From: Eledone cirrhosa
Taxonomy: Eukaryota
Length of the DNA stretch: 64,000 bases
Assembly: GCA_964016885.1 (NCBI GenBank)
Contig: OZ024741.1
Location: 130,014,001 to 130,078,000 of the forward strand
Direction: 5' to 3'
Shown here: one piece after another, positions 56,701 through 64,000 of the stretch
Numbering within the stretch: the first letter of the stretch is position 1
How the letters are laid out: every line of letters starts with the position of its first letter
Made by a program: the position numbers and the translations under genes
The notes under the pieces: generated by a model
Seen by the model: only the letters and a program-made list of their open reading frames with translations
The model's database searches: none
Told to the model about the DNA's origin: nothing

Positions 56701-57140
56701 TCTAAGATCCCGTTCCAGTCGCCCACTAACACTAAAGAGCGGGACGTTCCAAGAAAGGTCTCCAGACGCCGGAAGAAATCAGGCCGCCCTGCTCCTGTCG
56801 GGGCATAGACGGCCACTAGCCTGAAAGCTTGCCCGTCTCCGCTGGTCACGTCCAGCACCACCAACTTACCCTCTGGGTCCAGGAAGATGGCCCGTATGGC
56901 GAGATCCAAACCTCTCCGAAAAAGCACAGCAACTCCTCCACCCGATCCAGGACGGCTGGGAGATGCGTACACATCGAAGCCGCCGAAGATCGGTGCGAAG
57001 GCCCGTGCTTCGGAGATTCTGGTCTCGCTGATGGCCACTACATCTATGTTTAGTGACCTGAGGTCGTTGAGCAGGTGACCCTGCTTCCATGACGACCCCA
57101 AGCCACGCGCATTTATGCTGCCTATTCTGAGTGAGGTCAT
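53721..57140 (-). CDS. ORF2 APE-RT, copy 3
   Basis: 1139-aa open frame with APE, RT (YADD) and zinc-finger motifs. Confidence 0.95.
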   Translation of the reverse strand: MTSLRIGSINARGLGSSWKQGHLLNDLRSLNIDVVAISETRISEARAFAPIFGGFDVYASPSRPGSGGGVAVLFRRGLDLAIRAIFLDPEGKLVVLDVTSGDGQAFRLVAVYAPTGAGRPDFFRRLETFLGTSRSLVLVGDWNGILDARWDCVGLADRGGGCKSLTNLLRRFELSDRYRLDFPNVPMWTWTNRIGSSRSYLDRVFCREIDRSSIGCPQFKIVSYTDHKFVTCVLDLDRLHRRGPGYWKLNASLPARKAYRDRISELVKRALTGAIVKNKWWFALKRAIRIESIRFSKALAIEKNRAEGELVRKLDEALSKGIATDVLAAKLALDQFFNAKHEGCVVRARVRALRHEGTKAVQWARVAEARRGNKATIRSLVDHDGRMLLDPGQMCEAFQRHFAQLFGGSGGPDRGMDFSVYLDGLPRLSATEAECCEKPITTAEVRDAMTSCTRGKSPGLDGLPYELYVQMPNLFGGLLADVYCNWQQNGRIPSSVSRGAVALLRKDPNKGDNIENFRPITLLNTEFKILAKVLAKRLALVVGGLVGEAQTCAIPDRSIHDNLHLMRYIVERVAREPGTGGSLINLDQSKAFDRVDHRYLAAVLRAAGFGPVFRGWIAAMHSDICSVVRVNGHLSEPFNIMRSVRQGCPLSSLLYVLTLEPLLHKLETLRGVPRELGCGRSVSAYADDVTVVVSNAKHIEAIGTTLREYEAVTGAMINQEKSVGLQLGTWRGRSMPSNSVVGRWTDGPVKLLGVWFGPDLQTDKNWDEVTSRVASLTQKWAERKLSLKGRAEVANAYIASVICYRLTVVPCPKPRLTALERLLFRFLWKGRAPMVRRYICCQHPLRGGLGMPWLMMRRHALRLRHLHLFLDGDQVWSPFARRVFPQLVSLTELQSWVKRRPRGSAWRLECFQALTALDQSGNVIGGNSTSAFYRGLVEGKSDDVLGETLGVDENQLANLFGRTFGPGPMDNFQKSLAWQCYRGALPVRDKLYRHGGAVSRACPRCAQGDETVLHALVQCPKIADLWVYVEHLLSRLGRIRLSSESIVRIAPPSSFSREGQAVFICLVAMVKEIVWWTRLKGLKTSTYLFGDALIDFFKFHLKRKIRVEREVLSSQHFVERWVREARMARVNGPTLSIYL

Positions 57141-57175
57141 GTTTAAAATAGAGTGGAAAAGATGGGAAAGACCAC

Positions 57176-59249
57176 TTACCGTACTTTTGGTAGAGGAGGG
57201 ATGGTTTTTACATCCCTTTTCACTTGATCGTCTGGTGAAGGGACCGTTGAATCGTCCCTTCGGCTGGTCGTCGGCTCTTCTAAGAGAATGTCTGAGTATA
57301 CTCTTCGATTGATGGTTCCTCCTAGGTCCCTGAAATCACCAACTGCGTTGGGGAATTTCGTTTTAATATTTGTGTATTGTTTCTGTGCTATTTTTAGCAG
57401 TCTTATGTTAGTTGGCGTTTTGATTGGTGCTGGTATTATGTAGTCCTGTTGTGAAATGTCTGTGTGTTCAATTATGTAAGTCATTAGTTTCTTGTTGTGT
57501 GTATTTATTGCCGTGCATTTGTTTTTCTGGGGGTGGGGTGTGGTTCTGCTATTTTCTTGTCGTTGTTGCTGGGTGTGTGTGTTTTGTTGTTGTGTTTGCG
57601 ATGTTGGTGCTTGTGGTGGTGGTGTTGAAGGTGTTGTTGGCGGTGGGGTTGTCGCCGGTGGTGATGGTGGTGCTAGTGTGGGTGGTGATGGTGTTGGTGG
57701 TGTTGCTGCTGTGGGTCTCTTTGCAGTAGACTTTACCCTTTTCTCATTTCTTTCCTCTCTTTTCAAAGGCGACGATGCGCTGCTTCTGCGTTTGTGCCTT
57801 CTTACGACCTTTTGCCATCCCTCTCCCACCTCACACTCCATGTCTGATTCTGTGAGGTCGGGGAGGGGTACCAGCTCCACTCTTTCACTTGTTGTTGTTG
57901 GTGATGTTTGCACTGGAGTCTCTGTTGCAGCTGCATTTGGTATTGCTGTTGTTGTTAATATTTCCACTGCTGCTGCTGTTTTTGATTTCCGTGGAGTGGG
58001 TATGGGTGCCACGGACCTATCGTTCCTGGTTGCCGCTTGTCTTGTTGCTGGTAGCCGTGGAGCCGGATTCGGAAGGAGGGGGGTTTTCTCCTTTCTCAGG
58101 GTCTTCTCGTTGCAGAAGGCCCTGAGGTGAGTCTTCGATCCACAGCGAAAGCATTTCGGGCGTTTGCCCTCAACACTTATGGGCAGTTGAGTGCCGTTAT
58201 CGAAGTCTATCACATCCAGGTTAGCTTCGATGCACTCCTGGTTGGTTTGGATTAGCATCTCAATGGAGGAGCCGACCCAATCTTCTCTTACTTTTTTCTG
58301 TACTTGCAGTACAGTTGTTTTGTCCTCGATTCCGACGAGGACAGACGCGGCCAGCCAAGAAGGGGTCATTCCGGGGGGGGGGGGGGACGTGGGTCAGTTT
58401 GACCCTCACAATTTTTTGCCCGCAGTAGGAGGGCACCAACACCATTTCCTCGCTCATTAGGGTCACTACTGATTGGGCCTTTGCCTCCTGGGGTGTGGCA
58501 AAAAGTACGTCTACGGTGGCATATTTTTTGCCTCGGGTGATGTGCGTTTTCCGCTGCCACACAGACCCCAAGGCTTTTTGTATTTGGGCCTCTGTGGCTC
58601 TTTCCACCCTACGGGATTTTGTACTTACTGTACGGTACGTGACCGTACAGTGCTCTTGGGTTTCGAAAAATTTTTCCGCTGCCTTGCAGATTGCTCGGTG
58701 TCCGTTCTTTGTCACCATCTTCTTCGCTTCCTCTAATTCCTCATTTGTTATGAGGATTGTTTCCAAGTTTTTCGCAATACCTGCAAATGAGATTGGTTTT
58801 TCTCTGCTGTTGTTGTTGTCGTCAGAGCTGCTGGTACTTTTGTTGTTGCTGCAGGTACTACGACTACTGCCTCCGCCGCTGTTGCTGTGGTTGTTGTTGG
58901 TGTTGCTGCTGCTAATGCTGTTGTTGTTCATGCTGCTGGTGATGTTGTTGCGGCTGCTACTGTTGTTTTCATTGTCACTGTTGCTGTTGTTATTACGGCT
59001 GCTACTGCTATTATTCCTGACGTCAGACGAATGAAGTGGGTTTTCGTATTTCCCGCACACCTGTTTCGTCGTTGTCGTCGTCGTCGTGGAGAAATCTTGC
59101 ACGCTTTGCACGAGACTTTTCTTTTCTTTCGTCGCTTGCGAAAGAGAAGGGAGGGAGAGAGACAATCTTCTCTCTGCTGTAGTGATGATTGAGGAAGAAG
59201 AAGACGGAATGAGTGGGAGTGACCTATGAAAATTCTTTTTCGTAGCCAT
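57176..59249 (-). pseudogene. ORF1 type A, frameshifted in a homopolymer (possible sequencing error)
   Basis: Split into 58260-59249 and 57176-58369; G14 run at 58373-58386 versus G7 in copy 1. Confidence 0.8.
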
Positions 59250-59466
59250 GTTGTTTTTTTTTGTTTAAAATAAATATTGGGCACAAAACCCCAATAAGCA
59301 GTTATTTAACCCTAAAGAGCCAAATAACGGGCAGAAAGACCCCTCTCACGAGGAGGAGGGTGTTTTTGCCTACAAGTTCGTTAAGGTTTTAAACAATTTA
59401 CAATTGTTATAGCGTTCAAAATTTACAATACCTTACAGAGCCGAGCCTCCGTCAACCATAGCATTC

Positions 59467-59507
<41 letters not shown>

Positions 59508-59785
59508 TTTCTTTATTAACCACAAGGGTTTACATAAAGTAGACATTAAGGACAGTGCAGGACAATGCAGGACGGTACAAATGGGCATTTCTGCGTAAAA
59601 AAAAAAAAAAAAAAAAAAAAAAACAGAGGATGTAACAAAAATAACAATGAAAATAACAATGAAAAATTCCCCAATAGGGGGGAGACTTCGGAGGGACATT
59701 TGTGGAGAAAGCCCAGTAAAAAGCCACAATGACCCTGACCACCAAGGCAAGTGCCCTCTCCCAGTTTTCCACCTTTAGTTTACAG

Positions 59786-62700
59786 TTATATACTCAGAGT
59801 CGGCCCATTCACTCGGGCCATTCTTGCTTCTCTCACCCATCTTTCAACAAAATGCTGGGAAGAGAGCACTTCCTTCTCTACTCTGATTTTCCTTTTCAAA
59901 TGAAATTTGAAAAAGTCAATCAGAGCATCACCGAAGAGGTAAGTGCTCGTCTTCAGCCCTTTCAAACGTGTCCACCATACTATCTCTTTCGCCATGGCCA
60001 CCAGACAGATAAAAACTGCCTGCCCTTCCCGGCTAAAGGAGGAGGGCGGGGCAATCCTCACGATAGACTCAGATGATAGCCGGATCCGTCCTAAACGCGA
60101 CAGCAGGTGTTCGACATAAACCCACAAGTCAGCAATTTTCGGACACTGGACGAGTGCGTGCAGGACGGTTTCGTCGCCCTGCGCGCATCTCGGACATGCC
60201 CGGCTGACGGCACCTCCATGCCTGTAGAGTTTATCCTGAACTGGCAAGGCTCCTCGGTAGCACTGCCAGGCCAGAGATTTCTGGAAGTTGTCCATAGGCC
60301 CTGGCCCGAAAGTTCTTCCGAAGAGATTGGCTAGTTGATTTTCGTCGACGCCTAGAGTTTCCCCAAGTACGTCGTCGCTCTTCCCCTCCACTAATCCTCT
60401 ATAGAACGCCGAGGTGGAGTTTCCACCGATCACATTGCCCGATTGGTCGAGGGCTGTGAGCGCCTGAAGACATTCCAGTCTCCAGGCGCTCCCTCTCGGT
60501 CTTCGCTTGACCCAGGACTGCAGCTCCGTCAAGGAAACGAGCTGGGGAAAAACGCGTCTAGCAAACGGCGACCACACCTGATCACCGTCGAGGAAGAGGT
60601 GGAGATGTCGTAGCCTGAGCGCGTGCCTGCGCATCATCAGCCACGGCATGCCCAGCCCTCCACGTAGCGGGTGTTGACAACAGATGGACCGCCTGACCAT
60701 CGGAGCACGTCCCTTCCACAAAAAGCGAAAGAGCAAACGCTCCAGCGCAGTCAGGCGAGGCTTAGGACAAGGTACGACGGTTAGGCGGTAGCAGATGACA
60801 GACGCGATATACGCGTTAGCCACCTCCGCTCGACCTTTCAGGGATAGCTTCCTCTCCGCCCATTTCTGGGTGAGAGAAGCCACCCTGCTCGTCACCTCGT
60901 CCCAGTTTTTGTCCGTCTGGAGGTCCGGACCGAACCAGACCCCTAGCAATTTAACCGGTCCGTCCGTCCAGCGCCCGACGACGCTGTTGGACGGCATGGA
61001 CCTGCCTCTCCAGGTGCCGAGCTGCAGGCCCACTGACTTTTCCTGGTTGATCATTGCTCCTGTCACCGCTTCGTATTCTCTTAGTGTAGTGCCGATCGCC
61101 TCGATGTGTTTGGCGTTCGACACCACTACGGTGACATCGTCCGCATATGCTGACACGGATCTTCCGCATCCTAGTTCGCGCGGGACTCCCCTCAACGTCT
61201 CCAGTTTGTGCAGTAATGGCTCGAGAGTCAATACGTACAAGAGGGACGAGAGGGGACATCCTTGGCGGACCGAGCGCATGATGTTGAACGGTTCCGACAG
61301 GTGACCGTTCACTCTCACCACAGAGCAGATGTCGCTGTGCATGGCAGCGATCCAGCCTCTGAAGACGGGCCCAAAGCCAGCCGCCCTCAGGACTGCCGCT
61401 AGGTAACGATGGTCGACCCTATCGAAAGCTTTCGACTGATCTAAATTGATCAAGGACCCACCCGTGCCAGGTTCCCTAGCTACCCTCTCTACGATGTATC
61501 GCATGAGGTGGAGGTTGTCGTGGATGGATCTGTCGAGAATGGCGCATGTCTGCGCCTCTCCCACCAGACCACCAACGACAAGCGCCAACCTCTTTGCTAG
61601 CACCTTGGCCAAAATCTTAAACTCTGTGTTTAGCAGAGTTATGGGCCGGAAATTGTCTATGTTATCCCCCTTGTTCGGATCCTTTCTCAGCAGTGCCACC
61701 GCTCCTCGGCTCACAGAACTGGGAATTCTCCCGTTCTGTTGCCAGTTGCAGTAGACGTCCGCCAAGAGGCCTCCGAACAAGTCTGGCATCTGTACGTAAA
61801 GTTCATAGGGCAGACCATCCAAACCAGGCGATTTACCCCTTGTGCAGCCAGTCATTGCCTCCCGTACTTCAGCGGCTGTTATCGGCTTTTCGCAACACTT
61901 CGCCTCAGTGGCCGAGAGCCGCGGCAGTCCGTCGAGGTAGACACTAAAGTCCATCCCTCTACCCGGCCCCCCGCTGCCCCCGAACAGCTGAGCGAAGTGT
62001 CGCTGAAAAGCTTCACACATTTGCCCGGGATCGAGTAGCATGCGCCCGTCGTGGTCCACCAAAGACCGGATCGTGGCTTTGTTGCCACGACGCGCCTCCG
62101 CCACTCGGGCCCATTGAACGGCTTTCGTCCCCTCGTGTCTGAGAGCACGCACCCTAGCTCTGACAACGCAGCCTTCGTGCTTTGCATTGAAGAATTGGTC
62201 AAGGGCCAATTTCGCCGCAAGCACGTCGGTCGCAATGCCTTTGCTAAGCGCCTCGTCTAATTTTCTAACTAGTTCTCCCTCTGCTCTATTTTTCTCTATT
62301 GCTAAAGCCTTACTAAACCTAATCGATTCTATTCTAATCGCTCTTTTCAGAGCAAACCACCACTTGTTGTTGACGATGGCCCCCGTCAACGCCCGCTTAA
62401 CTAGTTCGCTAATCCGGTCTCTGTAGGCCTTGCGCGCTGGTAAGGACGCGTTTAGCTTCCAGTAGCCGGGTCCTCGTCTATGAAGCCTATCTAAGTCAAG
62501 CACACAGATCACGAATTTGTGGTCCGTGTAGCTGACTATCTTGAATTGTGGACAGCCTATGCTAGACCTATCTATTTCCCTACAAAATACTCTATCTAGA
62601 TATGATCTGGATGACCCTATGCGGTTTGTCCAAGTCCACATTGGCACATTCGGGAAATCCAATCGGTACCTGTCAGACAGTTCAAAACGCCTGAGCAGGT

Positions 62701-63199
62701 TGGTGAGGCTCTTGCACCCTCCACCCCTATCCGCTAATCCCACACAGTCCCAGCGTGCATCTAAGATCCCGTTCCAGTCGCCCACTAACACTAAAGAGCG
62801 GGACGTTCCAAGAAAGGTCTCCAGACGCCGGAAGAAATCAGGCCGCCCTGCTCCTGTCGGGGCATAGACGGCCACTAGCCTGAAAGCTTGCCCGTCTCCG
62901 CTGGTCACGTCCAGCACCACCAGCTTACCCTCTGGGTCCAGGAAGATGGCCCGTATGGCGAGATCCAAACCTCTCCGAAAAAGCACAGCAACTCCTCCAC
63001 CGGATCCAGGACGGCTGGGAGATGCGTACACATCGAAGCCGCCGAAGATCGGTGCGAAGGCCCGTGCTTCGGAGATTCTGGTCTCGCTGATGGCCACTAC
63101 ATCTATGTTTAGTGACCTGAGGTCGTTGAGCAGGTGACCCTGCTTCCATGACGACCCCAAGCCACGCGCATTTATGCTGCCTATTCTGAGTGAGGTCAT
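59786..63199 (-). CDS. ORF2 APE-RT, copy 4
   Basis: 1137-aa open frame; stop two codons earlier than the other copies. Confidence 0.95.
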   Translation of the reverse strand: MTSLRIGSINARGLGSSWKQGHLLNDLRSLNIDVVAISETRISEARAFAPIFGGFDVYASPSRPGSGGGVAVLFRRGLDLAIRAIFLDPEGKLVVLDVTSGDGQAFRLVAVYAPTGAGRPDFFRRLETFLGTSRSLVLVGDWNGILDARWDCVGLADRGGGCKSLTNLLRRFELSDRYRLDFPNVPMWTWTNRIGSSRSYLDRVFCREIDRSSIGCPQFKIVSYTDHKFVICVLDLDRLHRRGPGYWKLNASLPARKAYRDRISELVKRALTGAIVNNKWWFALKRAIRIESIRFSKALAIEKNRAEGELVRKLDEALSKGIATDVLAAKLALDQFFNAKHEGCVVRARVRALRHEGTKAVQWARVAEARRGNKATIRSLVDHDGRMLLDPGQMCEAFQRHFAQLFGGSGGPGRGMDFSVYLDGLPRLSATEAKCCEKPITAAEVREAMTGCTRGKSPGLDGLPYELYVQMPDLFGGLLADVYCNWQQNGRIPSSVSRGAVALLRKDPNKGDNIDNFRPITLLNTEFKILAKVLAKRLALVVGGLVGEAQTCAILDRSIHDNLHLMRYIVERVAREPGTGGSLINLDQSKAFDRVDHRYLAAVLRAAGFGPVFRGWIAAMHSDICSVVRVNGHLSEPFNIMRSVRQGCPLSSLLYVLTLEPLLHKLETLRGVPRELGCGRSVSAYADDVTVVVSNAKHIEAIGTTLREYEAVTGAMINQEKSVGLQLGTWRGRSMPSNSVVGRWTDGPVKLLGVWFGPDLQTDKNWDEVTSRVASLTQKWAERKLSLKGRAEVANAYIASVICYRLTVVPCPKPRLTALERLLFRFLWKGRAPMVRRSICCQHPLRGGLGMPWLMMRRHALRLRHLHLFLDGDQVWSPFARRVFPQLVSLTELQSWVKRRPRGSAWRLECLQALTALDQSGNVIGGNSTSAFYRGLVEGKSDDVLGETLGVDENQLANLFGRTFGPGPMDNFQKSLAWQCYRGALPVQDKLYRHGGAVSRACPRCAQGDETVLHALVQCPKIADLWVYVEHLLSRLGRIRLSSESIVRIAPPSSFSREGQAVFICLVAMAKEIVWWTRLKGLKTSTYLFGDALIDFFKFHLKRKIRVEKEVLSSQHFVERWVREARMARVNGPTLSI

Positions 63200-63234
63200 G
63201 TTTAAAATAGAGTGGAAAAGATGGGAAAGACCAC

Positions 63235-64000
63235 TTACCGTACTTTTGGTAGAGGAGGGATGGTTTTTACATCCCTTTTCACTTGATCGTCTGGTGAAGG
63301 GACCGTTGAATCGTCCCTTCGGCTGGTCGTCGGCTCTTCTAAGAGAATGTCTGAGTATACTCTTCGATTGATGGTTCCTCCTAGGTCCCTGAAATCACCA
63401 ACTGCGTTGGGGAATTTCGTTTTAATATTTGTGTATTGTTTCTGTGCTATTTTTAGCAGTCTTATGTTAGTTGGCGTTTTGATTGGTGCTGGTATTATGT
63501 AGTCCTGTTGTGAAATGTCTGTGTGTTCAATTATGTAAGTCATTAGTTTCTTGTTGTGTGTATTTATTGCCGTGCATTTGTTTTTCTGGGGGTGGGGTGT
63601 GGTTCTGCTATTTTCTTGTCGTTGTTGCTGGGTGTGTGTGTTTTGTTGTTGTGTTTGCGATGTTGGTGCTTGTGGTGGTGGTGTTGAAGGTGTTGTTGGC
63701 GGTGGGGTTGTCGCCGGTGGTGATGGTGGTGCTAGTGTGGGTGGTGATGGTGTTGGTGGTGTTGCTGCTGTGGGTCTCTTTGCAGTAGACTTTACCCTTT
63801 TCTCATTTCTTTCCTCTCTTTTCAAAGGCGACGATGCGCTGCTTCTGCGTTTGTGCCTTCTTACGACCTTTTGCCATCCCTCTCCCACCTCACACTCCAT
63901 GTCTGATTCTGTGAGGTCGGGGAGGGGTACCAGCTCCACTCTTTCACTTGTTGTTGTTGGTGATGTTTGCACTGGAGTCTCTGTTGCAGCTGCATTTGGT
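63235..64000 (-). CDS. ORF1 type A, C-terminal part (partial)
   Basis: Matches the C-terminus of ORF1 in copies 1 and 3 (…KTIPPLPKVR*). Confidence 0.85.
   Translation of the reverse strand, partial: PNAAATETPVQTSPTTTSERVELVPLPDLTESDMECEVGEGWQKVVRRHKRRSSASSPLKREERNEKRVKSTAKRPTAATPPTPSPPTLAPPSPPATTPPPTTPSTPPPQAPTSQTQQQNTHTQQQRQENSRTTPHPQKNKCTAINTHNKKLMTYIIEHTDISQQDYIIPAPIKTPTNIRLLKIAQKQYTNIKTKFPNAVGDFRDLGGTINRRVYSDILLEEPTTSRRDDSTVPSPDDQVKRDVKTIPPLPKVR

Larger units (their letters stand above)
53463..59466 (-). mobile_element. L1/Tx1-like retrotransposon, copy 3 (full length)
   Basis: Same 5' terminus as copy 1 (GAATGCYATGGTTGACGGAGG), ORF1 type A, ORF2, short (TTA)n tail. Confidence 0.92.
59467..64000 (-). 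mobile_element. L1/Tx1-like retrotransposon, copy 4 (runs off the window)
   Basis: (TTA)n tail at ~59467-59505, 3'UTR, ORF2 and C-terminal part of ORF1 type A. Confidence 0.92.

Overview
AT-rich, microsatellite-dense eukaryotic DNA with no recognisable host gene. The repeat content suggests an invertebrate, possibly a cephalopod (inference only). The left 41 kb holds tRNA-like SINEs, long inverted repeats carrying minimal hammerhead-ribozyme motifs (Penelope-like), a tandem non-autonomous Helitron cluster, a decayed Rep-Pif1 Helitron, and fragments of RTE, CRE, R4/Dong and older Tx1-like LINEs. The right 22.3 kb is a head-to-tail array of four young L1/Tx1-like LINEs on the minus strand, joined through (TTA)n tails; all four APE-RT ORF2s are open. 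Most notable: (1) a 52-53 nt GT-AG segment spans the ORF1 stop and ORF2 ATG, and removing it would fuse ORF1 to ORF2 in frame in both ORF1 types; (2) one copy carries a divergent ORF1 on a near-identical ORF2; (3) the tail appears to regenerate the insertion target; (4) the local SINE shares this LINE's 3' end. Comparisons were made by eye and boundaries of decayed elements are approximate.
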